DNA of 64,000 bases from an uncultured delta proteobacterium (GCA_963743305.1 CAVUPH010000013.1:1-64000); one strand, 5' to 3'; counted from the first letter of the stretch, positions 42,556 through 52,248 are shown. Notes: generated by a model not told the origin, from the sequence alone. Translations and numbers: made by a program.

Positions 42556-43419
42556 TCATTTCTTGTAGTCTTCGAAGAATTTCTCATCAATTTCGTAAGT
42601 TCGCACCGGGATAAGACCCAGTTCGAGACGTTCGAATATATCGACAAGATTGTCCCCATCTACAAGTTCGATAGGCGGGACCCCATCTCGCCGGGACTCT
42701 TTTTTTGCGTCAAGCGTGAATGTGCCCGTGGTTATGATCAGACCCTTATCGGCACGCCCCATCATCGCACCGCGAAAATCTCGAACATGCGAGGGAGTGA
42801 CGGCACCTTGATATCGTTTACACTGGAAGAGGACGTTGAAGCTCACGAAGGGATTCACTTGGAGAGTACCGACACCGTCAATGCCCCCATCACCGCTCTT
42901 TCCTGTAACAGACACGTGCTGAAACCCAGATTCCCGGAGCAGTCTCTGGCTAAGTCTTTCGAATCCGCTCGGGGACAATGACTTGATCAGTTCAAGGAGT
43001 GCTGTTCTGTAGTCCCTCTCTTCAGTTTTAACGGCCACCGGGTCATCTGCTTGCTGCGCTTCTTGCCTCTTTGTGTTCTTTAACTCGGCACGGCTGCTCT
43101 GGACGCTCTTGAATAGCTCAAGTTCTTTGAACGCGGAAAGGTTTATTGACCAACCCTTGTCCGTAAGGCCCCACACACCTCTCTTCGAGGAATCCAAATA
43201 ATTCGCCCAAACGAGATACTGGCGTGCCCAATGCACTTGGTTTTTCACTCGTGAGAGGCCGTTTTTGTTGACGGCTTCCTGTTCGGCCTCCGTAACCTCG
43301 GCAAGTTCCAAAGACCGGTCGACAATTTCCGAGGCCGTTCCGGACCCACCAGACTCCTTTAATACCTGTAGAATTGGTCGAAAGAAACGGATGAATTCCG
43401 GACCCTTTGCTTGTCTCAT
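42556..43419 (-). CDS. mrr: Mrr-family type IV restriction endonuclease
   Basis: Mrr_N (WARQYL..SKRGVWGLT), FERL, DGGIDG, QCKRY and IELVDG. Confidence 0.93.
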   Translation of the reverse strand: MRQAKGPEFIRFFRPILQVLKESGGSGTASEIVDRSLELAEVTEAEQEAVNKNGLSRVKNQVHWARQYLVWANYLDSSKRGVWGLTDKGWSINLSAFKELELFKSVQSSRAELKNTKRQEAQQADDPVAVKTEERDYRTALLELIKSLSPSGFERLSQRLLRESGFQHVSVTGKSGDGGIDGVGTLQVNPFVSFNVLFQCKRYQGAVTPSHVRDFRGAMMGRADKGLIITTGTFTLDAKKESRRDGVPPIELVDGDNLVDIFERLELGLIPVRTYEIDEKFFEDYKK

Positions 43420-43433
43420 ATCATCCTCTTGTC

Positions 43434-43498
43434 ACCCAAGACTAAGCTAAGCGGCGTGGCGACTTTTTGCCTCGTCCGTCTTGAGCGATCTGTTAGGC
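43434..43498 (-). other. Integron attC site (after the DUF2442 gene)
   Basis: GCCTAAC-AGATC-GCTCAAG...CTTAGC-TTAGT-CTTGGGT; L boxes pair with one extra base. Confidence 0.75.
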
Positions 43499-43743
43499 GC
43501 TGTTTTTCCATTGGTCCACAGTTCATATTCACTCAGGTCAATATCATCACTCCACGAAATACCATAACCTCCCGGATCGACGTGAACAGCATTGAAAAAA
43601 GCAGGGTTCGCAAGTAAGTGAAATTGCGGTCTGGAAAGGAGAGGACCACAATCATAGATTTTTTTAATTCCGCCCTCGAAAGTGACAAGTAGTAGCGCTT
43701 CTCCTATGGTTTTTACAGCTTTAATTTTTGGTATCTTTTCCAT
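43447..43743 (-). CDS. DUF2442-family protein (antitoxin-like)
   Basis: LLVTFEGG..FFNAVHVDPGGYGISWSDDIDL. Confidence 0.8.
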   Translation of the reverse strand: MEKIPKIKAVKTIGEALLLVTFEGGIKKIYDCGPLLSRPQFHLLANPAFFNAVHVDPGGYGISWSDDIDLSEYELWTNGKTAPNRSLKTDEAKSRHAA

Positions 43744-43961
43744 TTTCAATGATCTGCTTTGATACGAGAATAAAGCCGAGATCCTCTCATTCCGGCGGCA
43801 TGGGAGCCGCCTCTGCTAAGAGGTATTCCCAAGCTATTCGCCCTACCCAGCAGAGTGGACTCCCGCTCCCGCGGTTTTCGCGTTTCGTGGGTGCTCAGAC
43901 GGGCATGGGATTTTAATACGAAAATTAAATCAAACCCCGCATTCAAGTCTTTGTTTTCGTC

Positions 43962-44059
43962 GTCATGCCGGGCTCGATCCGGCATCCAGGGCAATGGAGC
44001 TTAACCGGACTGGATTCCGGCTGGAGTTTACCCCGATCTTGAGGCGGGGCCAGAATGAC
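43962..44059. repeat. GTCAT...ATGAC REP-like palindrome
   Basis: GTCATGCCGGGCTCGATCCGGCATCCAG...CTGGATTCCGGC...GCCAGAATGAC. Confidence 0.65.
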
Positions 44060-44197
44060 TACCTTTTTCCTGACCAAGCTTTATTTCCATGATCCGCGAG
44101 TGCCCGCCCTGGGCATGGGGGTTCAATCGGTCTTTAAATACGTCAGAGTTTGGATAATTGTTGTTTTTATACCCCGTATTTGGACCGGCCAATAATA

Positions 44198-44243
44198 AAA
44201 AAGGGGCCAACCCCGCTTCGATGGGGTTGGCCCCTTGATTTTT
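44198..44243 (-). terminator. Terminator of tRNA-Pro
   Basis: AAGGGGCCAACCCC-GCTTCGAT-GGGGTTGGCCCCTT with adjacent A-run. Confidence 0.8.
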
Positions 44244-44244
44244 C

Positions 44245-44321
44245 TGGTCGGGACGACTGGATTTGAACCAGCGGCCCCCTGAACCCCATTCAGGTGCGCT
44301 ACCAGTCTGCGCCACGTCCCG
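44245..44321 (-). tRNA. tRNA-Pro (GGG) with encoded CCA
   Basis: CGGGACGTGGCGCAGACTGGTAGCGCACCTGAATGGGGTTCAGGGGGCCGCTGGTTCAAATCCAGTCGTCCCGACCA. Confidence 0.96.
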
Positions 44322-44415
44322 ATAACCAAAGAAGATAACACATTTTAATTTTTTCTGTCAAGTTTTTCTGAAAATAGTCCAATTATTAATGGGTTGCCAA
44401 GACGACGAAAGATCC

Positions 44416-44514
44416 GTCATTGCGACCCCGGACTGGATCCGGGGGAAGCAATCCCGTTCTTGGCAAGTGGCTGAATATTGGGGATTGCTTCGTCGCTTCA
44501 CTCCTCGCAATGAC
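44416..44514. repeat. GTCATTGCGA...TCGCAATGAC palindrome with degenerate outer TIRs
   Basis: Homologous to 32283-32369, 46669-46755 and 63293-63389. Confidence 0.8.
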
Positions 44515-44601
44515 AGGTTTAGGGGCTTAATGCGAGTTAATCAAAGACGTACTCCCCAAAGGTTCTTATGGGCCGGACCGGAAATCTCCGGTGAACCGAA
44601 C

Positions 44602-46262
44602 CTATTGTTTCAGAACAGTGGGGAAAAACAAGGAGGAAACACACCCCGGCGCCCGGAAGGCCCCAATGCGGGAATTCCATTGAGAGGGACTGGTGGCGTT
44701 ATAGTACTCTCCGGTGTACCAGAAGGTGCAGTTATCCACCGGATCCACGGTCATAGCGCTGTAATCCCCCCAACGGTTGCTTCCTGTTTGCACTCCGCCC
44801 CCGGCTACCAGGACGGCTTCGCTTCCCAGGACCCCTGGCAGGTCGGATTCCCGGCGGGTGGTATAGCGCAGGTCCGGGAAGATAGTCGATCCGGAAACGC
44901 TATAGCCCAGGGCGATATTTCCGGAACCGTCCAGGGCGATGCTGCCCATAAAGCGGTGGAGGCTGTCCGGGGCAAAGGTCCCTTCCTGGTACAGGAACCA
45001 ATCCCCGGTGGTCCGACGCAGCTCAAACCAACGGATCCCGGCCTGGCCGCCGCCGGCATCCACCGTAAAATTGCCCACCAGGGCTTCGTGGGAGGCGAAG
45101 CGGCGATAAGGCAGCCGCCACATGGGCCATTCGGAGACCGCGTCCACGAGCGATCCGGGGGCCCTTGGGGGATGCAGTCTTGAATGAAGAATCCGCAGAC
45201 CGTATATTTGAAATCGGCAATCGGCAGGATCAGCGGGGCTGAAAAGGTCGAGTTCGCGGTATTGACCCAGTCGGCATGGAAAGAACGAAGTTCCAGACGG
45301 TTGGTGGTGACCCCGTGAGCCGGGAAGTCTTTATTTTTAAAGGTATAAAAATGGCCCGGGGCATTGGCGGGAGGGGGGATCTTTCCATCCACGGTGGCCG
45401 GCATCAAAAAGTTCGTTTCTCCGGTAAAGCGGATGAACTGGGCCGCTTGGCCCAGGAGCATCTTGTCGCGCTCCAGGGCATAGGCGCTGTAGGTCGTTTC
45501 GTTGGCGCTTACATAGTAGGCGTCGGGCCAGACTCCCAGTTTAAAATAATCCGGGCCTTCCGGGAAGGTAAATTCATAAAGATGATAGGCTCCGGTCGGG
45601 TCCGAAGTTCGCGAGACGGCCACACACAACCCGAAGGGCGCGGTTAATCTGAACTGGGCCAGGACCCAGCGGTCAGCCAGGGCGTCGAAGACCACCACCG
45701 GATCTCCGTCATTCGCGGCGGCGCACAGGCCTCCGGCCAGGCTCCACAAATCCTTAAAAAGGGTGGGAGCCTTGATGCGATTCCCCTTTTTGTCGTAGAT
45801 GCTGAAGTAGGTGTCATTGGTCATCTGGACATAGTGGCGAGGTCCCACCGCGCCTATGGGGTCCGGCGGGGTCACTGTGCCCAAGTTTCCAATCCCCTCT
45901 ACCGAAACCTGAGGAGGCGGGGTGAGCTGCAAAAGGAGAGAGGCCTTTTGCCGGACGGGATCATCCGCCGGGGCGGGTGGCGATAAGGCGCCGGTTAAAT
46001 CCGGACGGGGGTTGCGGCGAGGGGGCCGATCTTTTCCCGGGAGGCTGCCGATCCGGTCGGGCAAATCCCGAACCGCCGGACTCAACGCCGGATTTGACGA
46101 GACCCCCACCCAGGGCCCGGAAATTTGGGATGGGGTGATTTGATCTCCGGGATTAGTCTGGGCCTGGGAAAAACCGGATAGCGAGGTCAGGAGCAGGACT
46201 GAGATAAAGATTACCGGAAACCCGCCGTGAGGTTGGCTTGCTTTGTCTGAAAAGAACTTCAT
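44602..46262 (-). CDS. Secreted uncharacterised protein (frameshift near 45160)
   Basis: Signal peptide, PPDPIGAVGPRHYVQMTN, GDPVVVFD, PDYFK and RWGDYS. Confidence 0.75.
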
Positions 46263-46641
46263 GGCTCTTCACCAATCTTCCGCGGAGCGATGCGCAGGAT
46301 CAAACAGCTTATTCAATGTGAGGTTCCGTACTCGTACACGTACTCATACACGCTAATCTTCCCTGCAATAACCTGGATATATAATATTCTAGTTTAATCA
46401 TAGCATAAAGCAAGAGGAAGAAAGAATAAAGACGAAATTCTTGACCTTGACAGGAAGGGCCTTGGCTTTTATAGTGATCCGGCAAATAATGTGGGTCATG
46501 GAGTTTTCCTTGAACCAGAGACCCAGATCCTTCGCGGAGTTATTCCTGAGCCGTGAAACGAGATCCTTCGCGGAGTTATCCCGCCGCCGGCGGGGCTCAG
46601 GATGACAGACGAAGAGTTTTTAATTTGATCATTTGAATTTT

Positions 46642-46783
46642 GATGACCTCGCAAAAAGTCCAAAATCTGTCATTGCGAGCGAAGCGAAGCAATCCCCACC
46701 ATGGTAACTAGATGATTCTTGGGGATTGCTTCGTCGCTTCACTCCTCGCAATGACAGCGCTGGGGCCTTTTTGCGAAACCATC
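46642..46783. mobile_element. MITE-like element, cargo type B, 6-bp TSD AATTTT, inserted within a heptamer repeat
   Basis: GATGACCTCGCAAAAAGTC / CTTTTTGCGAAACCATC with AATTTT on both sides. Confidence 0.85.
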
Positions 46784-46882
46784 AATTTTGGACCTTCGTG
46801 CTTTTTTCGGATTTCGTGCTTCGAATTTCTAAATTATAGGTCCTCTTGTTCAAAGGGCAGAGATACATTTTCAGACTTAGGG

Positions 46883-47917
46883 GTGCCGGAGAGTTTGAAC
46901 CAGACCAAATCCGCCCAGGAGAATTTAATAAAGGGAGTTTTAAACCAAGACCTGTGCAGCGCCTGCGGGGCCTGCGTCGGACTGTGCCCTTATTTTACCT
47001 TTTTCCGGGGGCGGGTGGTGGTCGTGGATCGTTGCAGTCTGGCCGAGGGGCGCTGCGGCGCTTATTGCCCGCAACTAAATCCCGGGGATTGGATGAAGCA
47101 GGAGGGGTTGGGTCCGGTTCAGGAGCAGTGGATGGCCCGGGCCCAGACCAGGTCCCTGCAACGAAAGGGGCAGTACGGGGGTACGGTCACCACCCTGATC
47201 CAATTGGCCCTGGAATTGGGCTGGATCCAGGGGGCCCTGTTGACCGGGACCGGAAAGGGCGGGGAGCCCGAAGGGCGGATCTGCCGGACCCGGGCCGAGG
47301 TCCTGGCCTGCGCCGGGTCCAAGTATACCGGGGCCGGCACGCTATCGGCCCTCAAGCCGGCCCTCGAGGCCAATGAGGGGATGCTGGGAGCGGTGGGCTT
47401 GCCCTGCCAGATTACGGCCCTGAACAATATTCACGGCTATCTCACCCGGCAAGGGAGACCTTCTTCGGAGGCGATTTTAAAGATCGGACTTTTTTGCACC
47501 TGGTCTCTGCCTTTGAAAAAACTGCAAGAAAAACTCACGAAGCAGGGGATTCATGATCCGGCGGTTAAATACGACATTCCCCCGCCCCCGGCGGAGGAAT
47601 TCCAGGTTTTCACCCGGAAAAAGATCTATACGCTCCCTTTGACCGAGATCCGGCCCCTGGTCCCCCGGGGCTGTCTGGCCTGCGGGGATATGACCGCCGA
47701 GGGGGCGGATCTTTCCGTCGGTTCAGCCGAAGGGGTGGCGGGCTGGAATACGGTCCTGGTCCGTTCGGAAAAAGGGCGGCAACTCTTCCAGGAGGCCCAA
47801 TCCAAAAATCTACTTGAAGTCAAACCGCTGCCGGAAACCAATGAAGGCCATCTGCGGACGGCGGCCGGGTTGAAGAAATCCAGGGCCCGCGCGCTGAGGG
47901 AGGAAATCCTTGTCTGA
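46883..47917 (+). CDS. FrhB/FdhB-family (F420 hydrogenase beta-like) Fe-S flavoprotein
   Basis: CSACGACVGLCP, QYGGTVT, GSKY, VGLPCQ, IGLFC and ADLSVG. Confidence 0.88.
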   Translation: MPESLNQTKSAQENLIKGVLNQDLCSACGACVGLCPYFTFFRGRVVVVDRCSLAEGRCGAYCPQLNPGDWMKQEGLGPVQEQWMARAQTRSLQRKGQYGGTVTTLIQLALELGWIQGALLTGTGKGGEPEGRICRTRAEVLACAGSKYTGAGTLSALKPALEANEGMLGAVGLPCQITALNNIHGYLTRQGRPSSEAILKIGLFCTWSLPLKKLQEKLTKQGIHDPAVKYDIPPPPAEEFQVFTRKKIYTLPLTEIRPLVPRGCLACGDMTAEGADLSVGSAEGVAGWNTVLVRSEKGRQLFQEAQSKNLLEVKPLPETNEGHLRTAAGLKKSRARALREEILV

Positions 47918-49808
47918 AATCCCGGATCAACTGTTGATGGGCAATGAGGCCATCGCCCGAGGGGCCCTGGAGGCCGGGATCTCCTTCGCGGCCGGTTACC
48001 CCGGCAACCCCTCCTCCGAGATCATCGAGACCTTGGCCCAGGAAGTGAAAAACCACCGGCTCTACGTGGAGTGGTCCATCAACGAGAAGGTGGCCCTGGA
48101 GGCAGCGGCGGCCGCCTCCTTTGCCGGATTGCGGGCCCTGGCCACCATGAAGCAGAACGGGGTCAACGTGGCCTCGGACTTCATCACCAACCTGACTCTC
48201 TCCGGGACCGGGGCCGGTCTGGTGCTGGTGACCTGCGACGACCCCTCGGGTCTTTCCAGCACCAATGAGCAGGACGCCCGGTTCATTGCCCGGTTGGCCG
48301 ATCTGCCGCTCCTGGAGCCCTCCTCCCCCCAGGAGGCCCTGGAGATGACCCGCTTCGCCTTTGACCTGTCGGAATCCATTCACAACCTGGTGGTCCTGCG
48401 CAGCGTTTCCCGCCTCTCCCACACTCGCCGGAATTGCCGGGTAGGGGAATTGCAGCGGGAGGATCCCCGGCCGGTGGTTGATCTGAATAAATTATTCCAT
48501 ACCTTCCCGGTCATGGCCAGGCACCAGGTCATGCATGACAAACTCAGACAAGCGGCGGAGGCCGGGGCGCAGTCCCCCTTTAACCGCTATGAGGGGCCGG
48601 ACCGCCCCGAACTGCTGATCGTTACCTGCGGTTCCGGGTGGGATTACAGCCGCGAAGCCGTGGAACTGCTGGGCGTCGGCGACCGGGTCGGGGTGGCTAA
48701 GGTGGGAATGACCTGGCCGTTGCCGGTCGGTTGGCTGAGGCCTTATCTGGAGCAGGCGGGTAAACTCTTGTTCATCGAGGAAGTGGACCCCTTCCTGGAA
48801 GCGGGGGTCAAGGAATGGGCGGCCCAGATCGGCCCGGAAATCGGGACCCGGGCGTTTTACGGTAAGGAGAGCGGCCATATTCCCCAGTGGGGGGAACAGA
48901 CCCCGGACCGGGTGATCGAGGCCTTAACGAAAATCCTCGGCCTGGACTATCAGTCCCGGGTGCCGGATTATCAGGAAAAGATTTCCACGCTGGTTCAGGA
49001 GATGGTGCCGCCCCGGGAATTCGGTTTCTGTCCCGGGTGCCCGCATCGGGCCACCTACTGGGCCGTCAAAAACGCCCTGCAGCTTGACGGACGCGACGGC
49101 TTCGTAGCCGGGGACATCGGCTGTTACACCATGGCTATCGGGCCCACGGGTTTCAATCAGATTAAATCCGTTCATGCCATGGGCTCCGGCCTGGGCTTGC
49201 TTTCCGGATACGGTCAGTTGGGTCCCTTTGGTTTTTCCCAGCCGGTGATCTCGGTGGTCGGCGATTCGACCTTTTTTCACGCGGCCATTCCGGCCTTGAT
49301 CAACCTGGTCCATAACCGGGCCAGGGCGCTCATTCTGGTTCTGGACAATCGGGCCACGGCCATGACCGGATTCCAGCCCCATCCGGGTCTGGAGACCAAT
49401 GTTCTGGGTCAGGCGGTACCTTCCATCCCGGTGGAAAACCTGTGCGCTTCCCTGGGTTTGCCGGTGACCGTTTTGGATCCCTATGACCTGGAGGGGACCA
49501 GCGAACAAATTTTTCAGGCTCTGCAGGAAACCGAGGGGGTGCGGGTCCTGATCCTGCGCCGTGCCTGCGCCCTGGTTCAGGGCCGGGAGGGGGGGTACCC
49601 GTTTCGGATGCGGGTCAATGTCGACCGCTGTCTGGGAGACGCCTGCGGCTGCAACCGCTACTGCTCCCGCGTCTTTCGCTGCCCGGGATTAATCTGGGAT
49701 GAAAAATCGGGCCGGGCCGGGATCGATGAGGTTATTTGCGTGGGCTGCGGGTTCTGTACCCAGGTTTGCCCCCAACAGGCGATTGAAAAAGAGGAGCGGC
49801 AGGTTTGA
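47910..49808 (+). CDS. iorA: Indolepyruvate:ferredoxin oxidoreductase alpha subunit
   Basis: LMGNEAIARG, GYPG, FCPGCPHR, GDIGC, GDSTFFH and C-terminal ferredoxin. Confidence 0.93.
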   Translation: MSEIPDQLLMGNEAIARGALEAGISFAAGYPGNPSSEIIETLAQEVKNHRLYVEWSINEKVALEAAAAASFAGLRALATMKQNGVNVASDFITNLTLSGTGAGLVLVTCDDPSGLSSTNEQDARFIARLADLPLLEPSSPQEALEMTRFAFDLSESIHNLVVLRSVSRLSHTRRNCRVGELQREDPRPVVDLNKLFHTFPVMARHQVMHDKLRQAAEAGAQSPFNRYEGPDRPELLIVTCGSGWDYSREAVELLGVGDRVGVAKVGMTWPLPVGWLRPYLEQAGKLLFIEEVDPFLEAGVKEWAAQIGPEIGTRAFYGKESGHIPQWGEQTPDRVIEALTKILGLDYQSRVPDYQEKISTLVQEMVPPREFGFCPGCPHRATYWAVKNALQLDGRDGFVAGDIGCYTMAIGPTGFNQIKSVHAMGSGLGLLSGYGQLGPFGFSQPVISVVGDSTFFHAAIPALINLVHNRARALILVLDNRATAMTGFQPHPGLETNVLGQAVPSIPVENLCASLGLPVTVLDPYDLEGTSEQIFQALQETEGVRVLILRRACALVQGREGGYPFRMRVNVDRCLGDACGCNRYCSRVFRCPGLIWDEKSGRAGIDEVICVGCGFCTQVCPQQAIEKEERQV

Positions 49809-49961
49809 TGGACTCGCAGAAAGTCCATCGACAACCCGAGCGCGGTTAAGCGCCGGGTTGGGGTGAGGGTGGGACCATTTGAATTCACTTCAAATGGCGG
49901 GGGAGGGGAAACCCTTCCCCGCCGAGCAGCAAGTCGGTTTTTGACTTTTTGCGAGGTTATC
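49807..49961. mobile_element. MITE-like element, cargo type A, between iorA and iorB
   Basis: Close copy of 29262-29416. Confidence 0.8.
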
Positions 49962-49968
49962 AAATTTC

Positions 49969-50589
49969 ATGATCCCAGACCTGTTCAAGGAACCGATCAA
50001 TCTGATTATCACCGGAGTGGGGGGGCAGGGTAATGTGCTGGCTTCCCAGGTGCTGGGCCGAATGCTGATCCGCAAAGGGCTGCTGGTAACCATCGGGGAG
50101 ACCTATGGGCTCTCCCAGCGGGGTGGGGCGGTCATGAGCCAGGTCCGAATTTCGGCCCGCAAAACCTATGGACCCATGATTCCCCGGGGTCAGGCCGATC
50201 TGGTCGCCGGTCTGGAACCCCTGGAGGTGCTTCGTACCCTGGGGCCTTACGGGCGTCCGGATATCCAGGTTTTGACCAACGACCGTCCGATTTACCCGAT
50301 CAACGTGCTCAGCGGGAGCTCGGTCTATCCGGGGACGGATAAAATCCATCAGACCCTGGAGGGTCTGGCCCGAAAGGTCTGGTGGCTGCCGATTACCCGG
50401 GAGGCCCTGCAATTGGGCCAGGCCATCCTGGCCAATATGGTCATGGTCGGCGCCCTGATCGGGACCGGTCTCTTGCCGCTGACGGCGGAAGACTTCACCC
50501 CCCTGGCCCAAAGCCTCTGGGATACCCAGCGGGCGGATTTGAATATCCGGGCCATTGAAAAAGGGGTTCAACTGGTTCGAGGCGTATGA
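49969..50589 (+). CDS. iorB: Indolepyruvate:ferredoxin oxidoreductase beta subunit
   Basis: GVGGQG, GLSQRGGAV and NMVMVGA. Confidence 0.92.
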   Translation: MIPDLFKEPINLIITGVGGQGNVLASQVLGRMLIRKGLLVTIGETYGLSQRGGAVMSQVRISARKTYGPMIPRGQADLVAGLEPLEVLRTLGPYGRPDIQVLTNDRPIYPINVLSGSSVYPGTDKIHQTLEGLARKVWWLPITREALQLGQAILANMVMVGALIGTGLLPLTAEDFTPLAQSLWDTQRADLNIRAIEKGVQLVRGV

Positions 50590-50828
50590 GCGAAAACACC
50601 TCCAGAGCGGGTTCCGTGATCATCTACGGCCGGGACGGCTGACCGTTCACCCGAAAGGCCCTGGAGGCCTACCGACAAAAGGAATGGCCCATAGAATTTC
50701 ATAACCCGGCACTGGAAAAAGAGTTTCTGGAGGAATTCCTCCGGATCTCGCCCGAGCGAAAAATTCCGGTGATCGTGGAGGGGAATCAGGTGCGCATCGG
50801 TTTTGAGGGCGCCTGAAAGCTGCGCTGA
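50586..50828 (+). CDS. Glutaredoxin-like selenoprotein (UXX-star-like); in-frame TGA at 50640, and a second at 50814 that is either Sec or stop
   Basis: VIIYGRDG-U-PFTRKALEAY...RKIPVIVEGNQVRIGFEGA-U-KLR*; ATGA overlap with iorB. Confidence 0.8.
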
Positions 50829-50869
50829 TCCGGCCGGTTCGGGCCGCGACTGATTTTGAATGAAGGCCA

Positions 50870-52090
50870 ATGAAGGGGAAGGTCGTGGAAGAAGGGAATA
50901 CTAGTAATAATAGCAAAAAAGCAGGATCGAAAAAAAAGCCGGTTCTTATCATGGCGGGTGTGGCGCTCCTGGCGGTTATCGGCGGGTACCTCTATTGGCG
51001 GTACGCCCAAACCCATATTTCTACCGATGACGCCTATGTGGCCGGGTCCGTCTATTCCGTTAGTTTCCGGATACCGGGGACCGTGAGCCAGGTATGGGTT
51101 CATGACAATCAACTGGTGGAATCAGGGCAGGAGCTGGTGACCCTGGACCCCGCTGATTATGAAGTGGCCTATAAACAGGCCCAGGCTAATCTGGAAGCCC
51201 TCAAGGCCCGCTGGGGCTCCGCTCGGATGGCAGTCCCTCTGGAATCGGACCAGACCCGGGCCCGGGTGGATGAATCCAAAGCCGGGGTAGGGACCTCTGA
51301 AAAAAACGTGGAAGAAGCCCGGCAACAGCTCCGGCGGCTGCAGGAAGAAACAAAATCCCAGCAGGCCCTCCTGGACAAGGCCACCTGGGATCGGGATCGC
51401 TTCAGCAAACTCTTCCAGCAAAAGGCCATCTCCCGGCAGCAATACGACGACGCCCAAACCCAGTATGAGGTGGCCTTTTCACGTCACCAGGGGTCTCTGG
51501 CCGCCCAGCAGGCCCTGCAAAATTCCATTGCCGGTCTGGGCGAACAGATCAAGCGGGCCCAGGCCCAGGTCGTCTTCGCGGAGACCGGCCGGCAGGGGGT
51601 GAAGATCAAGAAACAGCAACTGGAGGCTGCCAAGGCGGAATTATCTTTGGCCGAGGCCCGGCTCGATCAGGCCCGGTTGCAACTGTCCTATACCCGGATC
51701 CTGGCCCCGGCGCGCGGCCATATAACCAAAAAGAATGTGGAAGTCGGAAATTTGGTCCAGGCCGGGCAGCCCCTGATGGCCCTGGTCCCTCTGGAAAACC
51801 TTTGGGTGGTGGCCAATTACAAGGAAACCCAGCTTACCCGAGTGAAAAAAGGTCAGGAAGTGACCATCAAGGTGGATACCTTCCCGGACAAAAAAATCAA
51901 AGGCCGCGTCGAAAGCCTCATGGCCGGAACGGGATCGGCCTTTTCTTTGTTTCCGCCTGAAAATGCTACCGGAAACTTCGTCAAGATCGTTCAGCGCCTC
52001 CCGGTCAAGATCGTGCTGGAGAAGAATCAGGAACTCCCCCCCCTGCGGATCGGCATGTCGGTGGAACCCACCATCTTAGTCCAGGAATAA
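50870..52090 (+). CDS. emrA: HlyD/EmrA membrane fusion protein
   Basis: STDDAYV, VVANYKETQL and FSLFPPENATGNFVKIVQR. Confidence 0.9.
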   Translation: MKGKVVEEGNTSNNSKKAGSKKKPVLIMAGVALLAVIGGYLYWRYAQTHISTDDAYVAGSVYSVSFRIPGTVSQVWVHDNQLVESGQELVTLDPADYEVAYKQAQANLEALKARWGSARMAVPLESDQTRARVDESKAGVGTSEKNVEEARQQLRRLQEETKSQQALLDKATWDRDRFSKLFQQKAISRQQYDDAQTQYEVAFSRHQGSLAAQQALQNSIAGLGEQIKRAQAQVVFAETGRQGVKIKKQQLEAAKAELSLAEARLDQARLQLSYTRILAPARGHITKKNVEVGNLVQAGQPLMALVPLENLWVVANYKETQLTRVKKGQEVTIKVDTFPDKKIKGRVESLMAGTGSAFSLFPPENATGNFVKIVQRLPVKIVLEKNQELPPLRIGMSVEPTILVQE

Positions 52091-52248
52091 GGGACAGGAA
52101 AAAGGATCGAGGAACGAGGATAACGGAATGGTTTTTATACCGGGCAGTGCTTTTGAGGCCGCCATTTCTATCCTTGATCCTTTGACCTTAATCCTTAGAC
52201 TTTTTGTTGGTGCCCTGTCTTTTCACTCTCGCCACCTCTAATACGGTT

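Noticed and set aside
44028-44341. Short ORFs 44028-44315 and 44123-44341
   Set aside because: They overlap tRNA-Pro and its terminator.
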